Notes: generated by a model not told the origin, from the sequence alone. Positions 40,825-52,304 are shown, numbered from the stretch's first letter. The stretch: 62,035 nucleotides of DNA from Gloeobacterales cyanobacterium (GCA_038245785.1 JBBRSB010000031.1:1-62035); one strand, 5' to 3'. Numbers and translations: made by a program.

Positions 40825-41898
40825 TTACGATAAACTTGCCAATGAGTTTAGGATTTTAGACCTGTATTCTCCAACAATAGCTTCTGAACATTTCGTTTTC
40901 CACCAGTTTAAAGAATCTTGATATTTTTGCCGCATAAGGGCTTTATTTTCGAGCAATCTTGGCAATATTATTTCTAACTCACTCTAATCATTAATTTGTA
41001 TAGCAGGAGAACCCTCATAGAACCACCGTAAAGGCAAAGCTTCCACCACTACAATGCAGCCATACCTCATTGCTTCAAAAAAGCGAAATGTCTCAAAAGA
41101 AGTTCCTCTAGGCACGAGGCATATTTTGGTATTCATCATGTTTTCGGAATAGCTATTCTTATCGAGCGCATCTTTACTAGAGCCGAAAGAAGACGTTAAA
41201 GCAAGTTCAATTTTAAGCTCTGGATACTTTACCTTGAGTATTTTAATCTTCGAAATCATTATTTTTCGAGAGAGACTCTTGGGATTGTCAAACCAATATT
41301 TTAAAGACCATCTGGAATAGTTTCCATGCTGTATACTTCCAGCAAATGAAACATCATACTCACGCTTTTCTATATCCTTGATTGGCAGATCTAACTGTCT
41401 GGCATAACCCAAAGGGATATCGTAGATATGCGATATTTTATTAGAGCTATGTTGAAAGTATTTCAATCCATGGAACACATAATTTATCCAACCTGGCAAG
41501 CGACGAAATCCAACTTTGAAAAATTGTATCAAAGTTAGAGTACTTAGAGGGGAAAACTCTACAAAGGGATTGCATCTCAGTATTGGTTTAATACCATAAC
41601 ATTTGAATACTGCTAGCACCGTGTGGCAATATGTTGGTATACGACATCATTCATCCCCTACTATAACGGCGACAACATTATTCCCATAAGATGGTAGTTC
41701 ATCAACGCTATCCCAGGTAAAGTAAAATACAAGACCACCAACCTCCAAACTCTTTTCCATCGCCTCGAATACTTTACCAATATAGGTATAGTCAACCCAA
41801 TATAACGGGTGAGGATCGGGTGGATTCCAAGAAACTGGCTCTTGTCCCTTATGTAAGTAAAGGTAGTATTTATTAGGTGTCTTATTGACTATGTTCAT
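40825..41898 (-). pseudogene. Exostosin (GT47)-like glycosyltransferase with two in-frame stops
   Basis: KICLVPRGTSFETFRFFEAMRYGC; TGA at 41647-41649 and TAG at 40984-40986 in one frame. Confidence 0.75.
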
Positions 41899-41930
41899 AA
41901 GCGTCTTATTTAACTTGATAGTTTGATGAT

Positions 41931-43049
41931 TTAGGAAATCATAAGCAAATCATCAATTGCTTTAATAAAGTTGCGTACGTATGCTTGCACGGAAAAATCA
42001 TCTGTACTTCCCCTTGCGGCTAATCCAACGCGATGGGCAAATTCTGGATTATCAAGATATCGTAGAATCGCACTTGCCAGCGCATCTGAATTTCCATAAG
42101 GCGCTAGAAGTCCGTTGACTTCATCGGTAACAATCTCAGTTGGTCCTCCAGTATCCCCCGCAACAATAGGCTTTCCCAATGCCATTGCTTCAATAATTAC
42201 GATGCCAAAGGGTTCGTTGTCCGAAGCGTGTACGATAATATCCATTGCCTGCATCCATTCAGGTACATTTCGCTGTAGTCCAGCTAGGGTGACTTTGGTA
42301 TCAACTCCCAACACTTTTATTTGTTCTTTTAGGAAATCCTCATAATCAGGCTCTAAATCGTGTTTGCCACCAACCACTACGCAATGAGAATCTGGATAGG
42401 ATTCAAGTATTCTAGGCATGGCCTCCACCAAAACGTGCATACCTTTCCATCTCTGGAGGCGACCTACAATACCTATCAGCGGACCATGATTGGGCAAGCC
42501 TAGCTTACGGCGCATTTCTTTAGGGGAGGATAGCCGATTAAAATCGAATCGATCGAGATCCGCGCCGGGGTAAACAACACGGACAGGACGTAATGGTAAC
42601 ATCCTTGTCTGAGCTTCACCGCCTGCTTTCGAGCAGGCTAGAATGCCGCGAGCAGGGAGCATCGTTACGATACTATCCATCCAGTTTTGACTAGTTGGCA
42701 TTCCATGCTGATACCAGAGGGAAGGAATACCAGCCATCTTGGCAGCTAAGCTGCTATAGAGGTGGGCTTTGCCCATCCAACTGAAGAGCATGTCGGCACC
42801 ACTTTTCCTAACAATTGAGGCAATTTGAGTGACAGTTGGAATAAAACGATGAAATTCGCGCAGGCGACCGGCTGAAACGAGATATGTCTCAATACCCCAA
42901 GACTGGAATTGAGAAAGCATAGAACCATTTTCCAGGAAGATCGTAAGCCAGTCTACCCCAGTGTTATTCCCGTATCGGATTAGCTGCCAGAGAAGCAATT
43001 CGCTACCACCTCGCTGCTCAGCTAGTGGCATTACAATCGCAATTTTCAT
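41931..43049 (-). CDS. Glycosyltransferase family 4
   Basis: GRLQRWKG, EPFGIVIIEAMALGKP. Confidence 0.93.
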   Translation of the reverse strand: MKIAIVMPLAEQRGGSELLLWQLIRYGNNTGVDWLTIFLENGSMLSQFQSWGIETYLVSAGRLREFHRFIPTVTQIASIVRKSGADMLFSWMGKAHLYSSLAAKMAGIPSLWYQHGMPTSQNWMDSIVTMLPARGILACSKAGGEAQTRMLPLRPVRVVYPGADLDRFDFNRLSSPKEMRRKLGLPNHGPLIGIVGRLQRWKGMHVLVEAMPRILESYPDSHCVVVGGKHDLEPDYEDFLKEQIKVLGVDTKVTLAGLQRNVPEWMQAMDIIVHASDNEPFGIVIIEAMALGKPIVAGDTGGPTEIVTDEVNGLLAPYGNSDALASAILRYLDNPEFAHRVGLAARGSTDDFSVQAYVRNFIKAIDDLLMIS

Positions 43050-43096
43050 AAAGATTGACCTAGTTAATTTATTATTCTGATAGTAGGTGAAAAGGG

Positions 43097-43897
43097 CTAT
43101 TTCCTAGCAATAGCCCAGAGATGGGGACTCATTACTGTCCAGAGTCCCAAAAGAGACACTAATTTTTTTAGTACGCTATCTGAGTTAACGGGAGCATAAA
43201 AAACTTGTGTTTTCTTGTGTGAAAATGATTGCAAGAGATATGATTGAAGTGAAGCTTTTGACTGAATGTTAATATGACCAAATTTGACTTCTTCTTTGGC
43301 TGTATAAGTTGCCCATTCTAGACCTTTTAATTGAAAAAAGAATTTGGTAATGTATTGACCATATAACTTAAAGTTTACAGTGGGCAAAGTATGAATTATT
43401 AAAATTCCCCCTGGTTTCAAGACTCGGTAAGCCTCAGAAATAGCTTTTTTTAAATTGAAATTGTCAAGGTGTTCAACAATATCAGTCATATAAACTACAT
43501 CAAAAGTTTCATCATTGAATTCTAGTTCTGTGGCACTCATTTTACGAATGATGGCCTGACCATTCCTTATTTGTTGTTCACAAACTTGGCAGGATATATT
43601 AACTGAATCTTGAGATAAATCAATACCTACTACATAGTGCAGCCCTAACCGAGCAAGTGCAAAAACTAATTCTCCCCTACCACAGCCAATATCCAAGGCC
43701 ACATAATTGACATGTAAAGGACATAAATTCAAAGCATATTCTCTAAGGTCATCTAACTCTGCCCCCTGAGAAGAATTAAAAACTTCACACCCACCACACT
43801 GAGTTTTGTAATATTCTTCGTCATAGATATCGATGGGTGGCTCTTCATAGATACACCGTATATTATCTTTGTAATTTTTGATGATTTTGTCTAGCAT
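43097..43897 (-). CDS. Class I SAM-dependent methyltransferase
   Basis: LDIGCGRG, DIVEHL, RVLKPGG. Confidence 0.9.
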   Translation of the reverse strand: MLDKIIKNYKDNIRCIYEEPPIDIYDEEYYKTQCGGCEVFNSSQGAELDDLREYALNLCPLHVNYVALDIGCGRGELVFALARLGLHYVVGIDLSQDSVNISCQVCEQQIRNGQAIIRKMSATELEFNDETFDVVYMTDIVEHLDNFNLKKAISEAYRVLKPGGILIIHTLPTVNFKLYGQYITKFFFQLKGLEWATYTAKEEVKFGHINIQSKASLQSYLLQSFSHKKTQVFYAPVNSDSVLKKLVSLLGLWTVMSPHLWAIARK

Positions 43898-43910
43898 TGA
43901 AAATATCCTA

Positions 43911-45332
43911 CTAAGCTTGTCTACTATAGTTAGTCAATTGATGCCGATGATAAATTTTACCTGCCATAGCAATACTTGCAAAATACCAAATAATAAAGGC
44001 GGGTAAACCAGAAAAGAAATTGCCACTTGGTGAAATTGCTAGGGTGAAAGCAATTGCACGAGCAACGAACAGAAAGACATCATAATTCTCTCTAGAATTT
44101 TGAAAGAGTTGCCATAAAAATAAACTTAATCCACCTAAAAAAGGTATAGAGCCCAACCAACCCATCTCGGATATCAAATTTATAATTCCACTGTCAGGAT
44201 GATTTAAACTTGACATTCCAGAACCGATAGGATTAATCAGACCATTGTTGAAAAAATCTTCATATTGCCATTTTCTCGCCTGAGCACTATAATCATCATC
44301 AACTTTTGATAGAGTTGCAAAACGAGAAGCAATTATCCCTGAAAAAGGCGGCATACTAGCTAATGGAAAGACAGACAGTACCACCACTAAAGTAATAAGG
44401 ATTATTTTTATCTGAAGGCGCAATCGCAAACTTATCGTCAGGATGAGAAGTGCTACCAACGATAATATCCAACTAGTACGTGAGTTAGTTAACAAAAACG
44501 CCAAGCAGCCAACCACCGCAACAGGAATAGACAAGGGAGATTTATTGTTAAGTAAAAATAATACGCCAGGTATCAATAGCAAGGCTAAAGATCCATTGGT
44601 GTTACTCGTGCTCCAAATCGCACTGCCTAGCTCACCAGCTAATGCGTTTACATAACCTGCTTCTTCGACTACCTTTTGTTGCCAATATGAGTCCCAAGGG
44701 GGCATTGCGATGAACTGTATTAATCCATAGCTTCCCATCACCAATGTTCCCCAAAAGAAAGTCCTCAGTGTATTTTCCTTGTAGCTGGGATAATTTCGCC
44801 AATTGGAAAGTATGAAAAAACCAAAGGCGACAGGACCTATCCACTCCGCAAAGGTACGTATTAGTTTGAAATTAAAGCCTAGGTTTACGAGTCCAATGAG
44901 AAAGCTATAGCATATAGCTATAAGAACTAGAATAAAGGGCAAGCCGCCTTGGCGGTAAGGATACGATCTCCAGAAGTATTGAATTAATTTAGGTAAAGTA
45001 ATTGCTGTCACTAGAAAAGGTGTTGCCAAGATAAGAGCCTGAACTTCAAAGCCACTCTTATAATCTACGAGTCGACGAACCAATGGTGCGAGGAACCAAA
45101 GCCACCACGTAAAACCTATGTAGAGTTCTGGATATCTTTTATACAGGAACAACCCCACAACAAAAGATGCTACTGGAAAAGCTATGCGTAAGAAACTACC
45201 ACCTGCCAGAATTCCTAGTATTGTAAAAAGTACCAATCCCAGTATTGCTAACCATGCAGGATCTTCTTTTAAGCCGAGTTGTACCCTCTCTTTAGAGTTT
45301 TGAGGATCGTTAATATTAGGTGGATTTAGCAT
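43911..45332 (-). CDS. O-antigen ligase/polymerase-like membrane protein
   Basis: Many TM segments, SRTSW motif, large loop; WLWFLAPLVRRLVDY. Confidence 0.75.
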   Translation of the reverse strand: MLNPPNINDPQNSKERVQLGLKEDPAWLAILGLVLFTILGILAGGSFLRIAFPVASFVVGLFLYKRYPELYIGFTWWLWFLAPLVRRLVDYKSGFEVQALILATPFLVTAITLPKLIQYFWRSYPYRQGGLPFILVLIAICYSFLIGLVNLGFNFKLIRTFAEWIGPVAFGFFILSNWRNYPSYKENTLRTFFWGTLVMGSYGLIQFIAMPPWDSYWQQKVVEEAGYVNALAGELGSAIWSTSNTNGSLALLLIPGVLFLLNNKSPLSIPVAVVGCLAFLLTNSRTSWILSLVALLILTISLRLRLQIKIILITLVVVLSVFPLASMPPFSGIIASRFATLSKVDDDYSAQARKWQYEDFFNNGLINPIGSGMSSLNHPDSGIINLISEMGWLGSIPFLGGLSLFLWQLFQNSRENYDVFLFVARAIAFTLAISPSGNFFSGLPAFIIWYFASIAMAGKIYHRHQLTNYSRQA

Positions 45333-45357
45333 CTATATTTTTTCTTAAGGGAGGAGA

Positions 45358-46326
45358 TCAAAAGCAAATGCCTCTCGAATACAGTCTACGCGATCCAGTT
45401 TTACTCTGCCGCCAAGTTTGCCAGCCTTGCCAATGACCCTTAAGAGTTGCTAGCCATTTCTGTCCGGCCAGGTTGCCTTCATTTGGCAAAAAGCGTAAAT
45501 ATTGGATAAGACCAAAGGACGATCTTGAGCCAATTAGGACCGTCCAAAAGAGAAAGATAATACGTTGGACAGCCGTGAAATGTTCCAGCAAAGCGAGGGT
45601 TTCATTATGTGTAGCATTAATCCAGGCAATTTCGTTAAACTGACCGCGTTGATCTTCATCAAATCGTTGGGCTGGATAGTGATCTACTGAGACATTAGGA
45701 TCGTAGATAAGTGCCCAACCTCGTCGCTTTAAGGCCAGAGTAAACGCCACCTCAAAATGGGCCTGTGCGCCAGTGCCTCGCATCCTTTCATCAAATCGTA
45801 AGCCTGCGATCGCGCTCTTCCGGTAGGCCATGTTGACTCCTTTCAGCACATATACCTGCTGTGGTTCACCAATACCAAGATGGTGATCTCCAATAACCCT
45901 CCCCCACCATTGCAATTGACCCACCACTTCTCGTTCTCCCGGTTCTTTAATGCGACCATCCTGGTACTGCCAATCTCTTCCACCAATACCGCCCAGTTGA
46001 CGATCTGACTGGAACCAGATTTCAATACGTTCTAGCCAATCTATGTGAGGCTCTGCATCGTCATCAGTAAAAGCGATAATGTCTCCAGATGCTGCATCAA
46101 GACCAACGTTCATAGCTGCTACCACCCCTGGAACCATTACCTTCACAGTATTCAGCAATAAGAAATCACGGTTGACCCCTTCGAGAAATCTCCAAGTTTC
46201 GGCATCAGTATCGCGGACCACCACCAATACTTCATCAGCTAGACGAGTTTGTTGTCTTAATGCTTCCAAGCACCGAGCCAGATCTTTCGAACGGCAGTAA
46301 GTAGGTATGATAACTGTTATCTTCAT
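45358..46326 (-). CDS. Glycosyltransferase family 2
   Basis: VIIPTY, AFTDDD, GVNMAYRK. Confidence 0.92.
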   Translation of the reverse strand: MKITVIIPTYCRSKDLARCLEALRQQTRLADEVLVVVRDTDAETWRFLEGVNRDFLLLNTVKVMVPGVVAAMNVGLDAASGDIIAFTDDDAEPHIDWLERIEIWFQSDRQLGGIGGRDWQYQDGRIKEPGEREVVGQLQWWGRVIGDHHLGIGEPQQVYVLKGVNMAYRKSAIAGLRFDERMRGTGAQAHFEVAFTLALKRRGWALIYDPNVSVDHYPAQRFDEDQRGQFNEIAWINATHNETLALLEHFTAVQRIIFLFWTVLIGSRSSFGLIQYLRFLPNEGNLAGQKWLATLKGHWQGWQTWRQSKTGSRRLYSRGICF

Positions 46327-47465
46327 CTTTCTTTAATGATTTTTTCAAACAGGTCAATATAACTCTGTGCTTTACTACTCCAGCTATGCTGTTCTGCGAT
46401 CACTCTGGCAGCGTGTCCCATTTGACTTCTTAGATGGTGATCGCTGGAAAGCCTAGTGAGGGCCTCTGCCAAAGCTTGAGTATCTTCTGAATCAGCCAAA
46501 ACCATCCCACAGTCTGGCGTAACGATCTCAGCGCCACCAGCCGTGGTAGCAGTAATGACAGGTAGCCCGGTCGCCATGGCTTCTAGCAGGACAAGCGTAC
46601 ACGCCTCGTAGCGTGAAGGAAAGACAAACAAATCCACCGCCTTCATAATCTCCGAGACATCACGCCGATATCCGAGAAAATGGACACGCTCACCTAATCC
46701 CAGCTTTAAAGCTAATGGAGGATATGGGCTTCTTTCGGTAGAACCTGCAACGGCCAGGTGTAACTCTGGTGCCTGAACCAAAGCATGCAGTACAGTGTCC
46801 AAGTTCTTTCTTTGGGAGCGGATATCTCCTACAAAAAGTGCAAGCGTCGTTCCTTCAGGCAACCCTAATTGACTGCGGTCAGCGGAACCAGGAGAAAACT
46901 CTTTCAAATCAGCGCCATTCAAGATAACTCGGATACGCTCTTTAGGAACACCGATTTCTAACAAGTCCTTCTCGATTTTTTCAGATACTGCTACGACCAC
47001 TTTTGCCTGCCCGAAAGCCTCTTTCTCCCAATGAGCGTTTAAAACTGTATAAAACCACTGGTAAGCACCGTAAAAATCTCGACGCAGGCGCGAAGTATGC
47101 ACTGGTGATTTCAGCCAACCACTATGAACAAACTGTACGGTATTTACGTCTGCTTTAACACCAGTTACAGCCCCGTAAATTTGTACTAGATCGAACTCGC
47201 GACGATACTTCCGCAACCAAGCTGCACTCTGCCACGAAAAAACCAAGCTACTCAACAGTTGAGTTGGCCACTTTTTAACAGGAATATAAATCCAATGGAC
47301 CTGGCTATGCTTTTGCAGCTCGGGGTCTAGATTACTTGACAGTATCGTAACTTGATGTTTGCGATGTATGGCTTCCCATACAATTTCATAGTTAGCCCGT
47401 CCTTGACCATCACCTTTACTAATGTTGCGCGTAACGATGCACAGGTTCATAGTTAAGCTCTCCAC
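46323..47465 (-). CDS. Glycosyltransferase family 4
   Basis: FPSRYEACTLVLLEAMATGLP. Confidence 0.93.
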   Translation of the reverse strand: MESLTMNLCIVTRNISKGDGQGRANYEIVWEAIHRKHQVTILSSNLDPELQKHSQVHWIYIPVKKWPTQLLSSLVFSWQSAAWLRKYRREFDLVQIYGAVTGVKADVNTVQFVHSGWLKSPVHTSRLRRDFYGAYQWFYTVLNAHWEKEAFGQAKVVVAVSEKIEKDLLEIGVPKERIRVILNGADLKEFSPGSADRSQLGLPEGTTLALFVGDIRSQRKNLDTVLHALVQAPELHLAVAGSTERSPYPPLALKLGLGERVHFLGYRRDVSEIMKAVDLFVFPSRYEACTLVLLEAMATGLPVITATTAGGAEIVTPDCGMVLADSEDTQALAEALTRLSSDHHLRSQMGHAARVIAEQHSWSSKAQSYIDLFEKIIKER

Positions 47466-47786
47466 TGAAATAAAAAAATCCGCCAGAAGCAGACGGAGTA
47501 TTAGAGATCAAAAAGTTTCGGTTTTCCGTCCTCATAAGACTTTTGGCCCTTCTGCATTTGTTGCCTGACATAGTTTGCAATATCCTTCGCTTATGATTTT
47601 TGTAGAGATATTCGCTTACTCCGGAATTTTACATTGCAAACTGCAAGGAATAGCCCCTTAGAGAGTTAACTAAATCTTCGCTTAGATCGCTTAAAGTGAC
47701 TCTGCAGACTAACTCTACTAAAGATAGTCTACAGTTTTTCTAAACAACAGCTAAATCAAGTGTTTAGGAAAAATAAAATATTTCTA

Positions 47787-48683
47787 TCAACTTGGCTTTG
47801 TAAAAAAGTAACGACTAGCGAGTGCTGTCGCTCGGATTGCCCCCCATACTCCTTGTACATTTCCTCTGCGAATAGCGCTTCCGGCAAGTTGAAATGGGGC
47901 TAACACTATATAGGCAAGTGTCTTGAGCATGGAACGTTCATACTGCCAGTAGGCTTTTGTAGTTGCATACAGCCGAGAGGCATCGATAAATTGCTTATAT
48001 TTTTCCCGATTCACGAGTGATGGATGATGCTCGACATATAAACAATCCTCATAAACGATACGATAACCAAGAGAGATCGCGTGCTGTGCCATATCTACTT
48101 CCTCAGAACCATAGCGTAAATTCTCATCGAAAAGGGCTTGCCCAAACAAGCTGCTAGGAAAGATGGTGGAATTAATGACAATTGCGCCGTAGTCATTACC
48201 AACAGGTACCTTCTGAAACCCCCAGAAATCAGGGTTGTGGGGAACAATCTTTTTGATTTCCCCCTCCCAATGTCCTCCTCCTCCATAATTCATCTCATAA
48301 CCTGTGATAATTGTTTTGGAGTCAGCAGAATCAATGAGCCGTTGCGCTGTTGCAAAGAACTCTGATGGCACACGGACATCATCATCGATAAAAATAATAT
48401 GACTGCTTATAGCATACTTGATACAAGCGTTTCGGTTCGGCCCCAACCCTCGATGTGGACCCTCTTGGTAGATGATACCTGGATACTTGGCTACCACTAG
48501 CTGAGTTGGTCTGCCATCGGGACTGTCATCGCTGATGATAATCTCATCAGGTATCTTGTTACTCTGAAAAACACTATCTAAACATCGACTTAGATCCTCT
48601 GGTCGGTTCATAGTGCAAATACACAAAGTGATTGAATGGCTATTTCCTTTAGACTGCTCAAAATTAGTGCTCACTACCCTCAC
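47787..48683 (-). CDS. Glycosyltransferase family 2
   Basis: CICTMNRP, ISDDS, IFIDDD. Confidence 0.9.
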   Translation of the reverse strand: MRVVSTNFEQSKGNSHSITLCICTMNRPEDLSRCLDSVFQSNKIPDEIIISDDSPDGRPTQLVVAKYPGIIYQEGPHRGLGPNRNACIKYAISSHIIFIDDDVRVPSEFFATAQRLIDSADSKTIITGYEMNYGGGGHWEGEIKKIVPHNPDFWGFQKVPVGNDYGAIVINSTIFPSSLFGQALFDENLRYGSEEVDMAQHAISLGYRIVYEDCLYVEHHPSLVNREKYKQFIDASRLYATTKAYWQYERSMLKTLAYIVLAPFQLAGSAIRRGNVQGVWGAIRATALASRYFFTKPS

Positions 48684-48724
48684 CTCTTAGAGAGATTCAC
48701 GGAACATAGCCTATTAGCTTACTA

Positions 48725-49403
48725 TTATTGATTGCGTTTTAAGCCCATTTGGGCGTTTCTAATGGCAAAGGTAACTATTTGGCGAAAGCGTTCTCGGGGC
48801 AGAGGGCCTGGCCAAGTTCGTATCTTTTCTAAGATCTCAAGTGCATTCTTAATGTCAACTCTGCCGCGCCTATAGTAACGTCCTCGTCGGACATAAAGGT
48901 TTCTCGATAGATTGATCACATTATCAGTAAATTCTCTTGTTTTGCCACACATTTCAACATCTTGCTTTAGTTGAACAAAAAGGTTCTCTTCATCCACTAA
49001 GAAGAGGTTATTTTTGCCATGGATTCTATAAGCTCCAAGAATCTTATCCTCGATAAATACTGGTCCAAAGTAAGCTGCCAAAGAAATAAGTAAGTGATCT
49101 GGACAGGTACGCCAGTTTGCGGTAGGTAATGGAAAGATGTTTTCGAGAATCTTGCGTCTGTAGACTAATCCTGAAATAACCGTGTACAGGTGTCTAGCGC
49201 CGGTGGCTCGTAGAAGGGGATATAAATCTAGTAATTCTCCTTCTACTTCGGGAGGTCTTGCTTTGACAATACAAGCTTTATCGCGAGAATTCAGTCTTGG
49301 TTTTCCTTGACTATCAATTCTTCAAGAGAGTGCATGAAACCGATCGCTTCCGGATGTTCAGCGAGATCCAAGACAACTGTATGGATACGGTGGGGATAGC
49401 TAA
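48725..49403 (-). pseudogene. GT2 remnant lacking its N-terminus
   Basis: SYPHRIHTVV...ISGLVYRRKILENIFPLP...LGAYRIHGKN; frameshift near 49320; 5' part missing next to the IS remnant. Confidence 0.7.
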
Positions 49404-49484
49404 CTAACCCTGATCTGTCAAATTGGGACTTTTCAACGCAAGTACGACATTTCAGCCAACGAGAAATGAAAAGCCCAATCGCAG

Positions 49485-49507
49485 CCCTTCGACAGGCTCA
49501 GGAACCA
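49485..49507 (+). repeat. 23-nt micro-insertion, family A
   Basis: CCCTTCGACAGGCTCAGGAACCA splits the IS200 end hairpin. Confidence 0.8.
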
Positions 49508-49602
49508 CAAGCTGCGGGGTATCTAAAGCGGAAACAACCGTATCTGTTGTGCTCTAGCTTTCTCTTCTTCGCTTCCTTGCTCTCGAATGTACTTTTTGAC
49601 AA

Positions 49603-49627
49603 GCGTTCGACTGAGCTCACGCCGAAG
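49603..49627 (+). repeat. 25-nt micro-insertion, family C
   Basis: GCGTTCGACTGAGCTCACGCCGAAG; removal restores T-E-I-V-K-K-Y. Confidence 0.8.
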
Positions 49628-49741
49628 TCTCAGTGTTGACGCCATCGCCAACCGTGCCAATATAGCCACCATCGCTCCAGAATTCCCCGCCCCATAGCTG
49701 TTTACGGATTTCTGGAATTGGATAAACATCTGCCGGGCACT

Positions 49742-49762
49742 GTGTCCGGCAGGCGGAGCCGA
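49742..49762 (+). repeat. 21-nt micro-insertion, family B
   Basis: GTGTCCGGCAGGCGGAGCCGA; removal restores S-I-S-A-R; identical to 53182-53202. Confidence 0.88.
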
Positions 49763-49774
49763 GATACTTTTGAG

Positions 49775-49797
49775 AGGTCCCTGAGTTTGTCGAAGGG
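49775..49797 (-). repeat. 23-nt micro-insertion, family A
   Basis: Minus strand CCCTTCGACAAACTCAGGGACCT; removal restores M-Q-I-L-K-S. Confidence 0.82.
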
Positions 49798-50231
49798 AAT
49801 CTGCATCACGCGAGAGGGAGAATACTTCGGAGCTGCTCCGACAAACAAATGCACATGGTCTCCATCCGTACCCATCTCCTCCATCTCAAACCAGTAGCAC
49901 TCTGCAATCCCTTTTATAACCTGCTTTAAATACACGCACCGTTCTTCGACAGTTAACAAGCGCTGACGATACTTGATACAGAAAACCATGTGATACCGAA
50001 TCTGATACACGCAATGACTCGCACGCTGGAGTTTTATTCCCAGATTATAGGGCCGACCTCACGGTCGTAGGTAGATCTTTTACAAAGGAATTGCATTAAT
50101 ACAAACTTTTGAAGTATGTGCTAGGGTAAACTCATCTTAATTTTTGAAAAGCTTACTGGACATAGGAGTTTGACGAACTCGGTTGTTTTCTATGAATTGC
50201 CGAAATCCCCCCTAAATAAGGGTTTTAGAAT

Positions 50232-51134
50232 TTATATGCGTTTACCCTGAAGTCTATACAAACCAGCTCTCCACAAGCTGCGACGCCAACCCGACCAAGC
50301 TGTTAGATCGAGATACTTATAAAAAAGCTGTTTTCGGCTATGTCGACGCCATAGCCAAGGTTTTCTGTTGTCTGCGAAGTGTATGATATAAGGATTATTT
50401 ATAATGTCTTGACAGTTAAACTCTCCACAAATTTCCTTTAACGAATCAACAAATACTCGCTCCAGTTTACTAGATTCATGAAATAGATAATTCCATTTTG
50501 GATCTAGTTCACTCCACTTATCCCATAGCATGGCATTTAAAGCTTCTTGGTCTCCAAAAAGTGTATGTTCTCGAGGTTTAGTAAGATATTCTATTATTTT
50601 TGATGAAGTATTATCTTCTCTCCATTTATCCAAGTTGAATACTAAAACACCACTGTTGAAATATTTGCTTGTTGCGGGAATACCAAGTTCTTGGTGATTT
50701 GGTACCCCTTTAGAAATAGTAGGCATAGAGAAGTCTCGGACGGCTAGAAGATGACGATCTCCAATTTCTATATTCCACAACTCACCTATGTCTGTTAGTA
50801 CCAATAAATCACAGTCTAAATAAATAACTTTGTGTAAATCTTTGGGCATAAGCTCGGGAATGAGGAGTCTGTGAAAAATAGCTTCAGAGAAATGACCATA
50901 GGTAGGAACTTCTCTAAAGAGACCTTTGGTATCGGCAAATTTTACATTACATCTAGGTGAATTGAGAGATTGAAGTAACTTGTCTATATTTCTAGGTTCA
51001 ATTCCTCCATCCAAAACGTATAAATTTAGTTTCCGATCAGCAGTGAGATTCTTAAGAATTGAACATGCTGTAACAGCGAGAGGCATGGCATAGTTATTGT
51101 CTGCAGCACAAACTACCGTAATATTGCTATTCAT
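50232..51134 (-). CDS. Glycosyltransferase family 8
   Basis: IYLDCD, YFNSGV, DQEALN, IIHF...KPW. Confidence 0.92.
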   Translation of the reverse strand: MNSNITVVCAADNNYAMPLAVTACSILKNLTADRKLNLYVLDGGIEPRNIDKLLQSLNSPRCNVKFADTKGLFREVPTYGHFSEAIFHRLLIPELMPKDLHKVIYLDCDLLVLTDIGELWNIEIGDRHLLAVRDFSMPTISKGVPNHQELGIPATSKYFNSGVLVFNLDKWREDNTSSKIIEYLTKPREHTLFGDQEALNAMLWDKWSELDPKWNYLFHESSKLERVFVDSLKEICGEFNCQDIINNPYIIHFADNRKPWLWRRHSRKQLFYKYLDLTAWSGWRRSLWRAGLYRLQGKRI

Positions 51135-51200
51135 ATGTGTTTATCTCCAGATTATTTATCTCAAGAATATAAATAAATATAACAGCAGAGTTAACTTGAC

Positions 51201-52136
51201 TTAGAGTCGTGAATGACCTAGCCCAAGTGTTTCAAGCCCCAGTTTGAAAACAGTTTTGAGTTTTGAAGGAAGGCTTGTTACCCAGGGATTTTGCAAGGCT
51301 AATCGACTGAGATAAACTAAGTTCTTTTCATAACCTAGCTTGTATCTCAGTAACTGATAGGGCCAGTGATCGGCCAGACTGACTTCTACATTAACGCCGA
51401 AACTTTTGAGAGCATTATTTAATACTTCCACTCGGACTTCATGGTTTTTCAACGATCGCTTTTCTAGATCGATAGGATTGCTCCAGATATTAGCACCATG
51501 AATGCGAAATAGGGATAGAACTCGATCGATGCCTACGACTTCCCCGAAAAATGGAGCTAGATCGGCTAAGTAAGGTTCAGCCGAAAAGCGGAATTCTCCC
51601 TCCTGTGGGATATCCATCACTTTAGATAGAAACGTCCGTCTAAAACTTAGCGCTGTTGACGGGGGCCAAGGCCACCAACTTCCCGTTCTGACAACCTTAC
51701 TAGAAATATCTCCTTTGATCGCTTTGTAGGGCGGCCAAGGTGAACTGAGGGATTTCCCCTCTTGATCGATATTTTGAACTTTGTGGTAGATAATAGCAGC
51801 ATTTGGATAGGCACTAACAACTTTAACCACTTCTTCAACTTTATTAGGCAACCAGATATCATCTGCATCCAACGAGCAAATAATTTCTCCTTGACTAATG
51901 GCAAATCCCGCATTTATTGCAGAAGCCTGTCCGCCATTTTCTTTGAGAACTGGGATAATTTTGTCTTTGTAACTGGCGATCGCCTCCTTGGAATTGTCTT
52001 TAGAACCGTCATCCACCACAATTACCTCTATATTGGAATAAGTCTGATTGAGGGCGCTATCTATTGCCTCCCTCAAATATTGACCGTAGTTGTAATTGGT
52101 AATTAAAACACTCACTAAAGGCAGATTAGAAATCAT
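51201..52136 (-). CDS. Glycosyltransferase family 2
   Basis: VSVLITNYNY, VVDDGS, LDADD. Confidence 0.93.
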   Translation of the reverse strand: MISNLPLVSVLITNYNYGQYLREAIDSALNQTYSNIEVIVVDDGSKDNSKEAIASYKDKIIPVLKENGGQASAINAGFAISQGEIICSLDADDIWLPNKVEEVVKVVSAYPNAAIIYHKVQNIDQEGKSLSSPWPPYKAIKGDISSKVVRTGSWWPWPPSTALSFRRTFLSKVMDIPQEGEFRFSAEPYLADLAPFFGEVVGIDRVLSLFRIHGANIWSNPIDLEKRSLKNHEVRVEVLNNALKSFGVNVEVSLADHWPYQLLRYKLGYEKNLVYLSRLALQNPWVTSLPSKLKTVFKLGLETLGLGHSRL

Positions 52137-52280
52137 ATTTATTTAACAGAAGGAAAAAGGGCATGTAAATTAGTTTGTGCTAAAGGTCAGAGCTTGAGAG
52201 CTAATGAACTAACTCACCGAGGTACAGACCATGACCTTTCGACCGGAACTCATTGATGAATTGCTCAAAGACTATCGTAA

Positions 52281-52304
52281 CCCTTCGACACGGCTCAGGA
52301 GCCA
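52281..52304 (+). repeat. 23/24-nt micro-insertion, family A
   Basis: CCCTTCGACACGGCTCAGGAGCCA; removing 23 nt restores Y-R-N-P-E-D-L. Confidence 0.82.

Larger units (their letters stand above)
49475..50070 (-). mobile_element. tnpA: IS200-family element remnant with tnpA pseudogene (about 49523..50043)
   Basis: YHMVFCIKYR, DHVHLF (HUH), LWGGEFWSDG, KYIREQ; end hairpins CGCAGC-AA-GCTGCG and CGACC-TCAC-GGTCG; no tnpB; boundaries approximate. Confidence 0.85.

Noticed and set aside
19699..41649. Stop-codon recoding suggested by in-frame stops at probable Trp positions
   Set aside because: Both TAG and TGA are involved and both end many normal genes here; G-to-A transitions explain them more simply.
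49404..49470. Possible further IS end truncating the GT2 remnant
   Set aside because: No partner inverted repeat or transposase found; cannot be supported.
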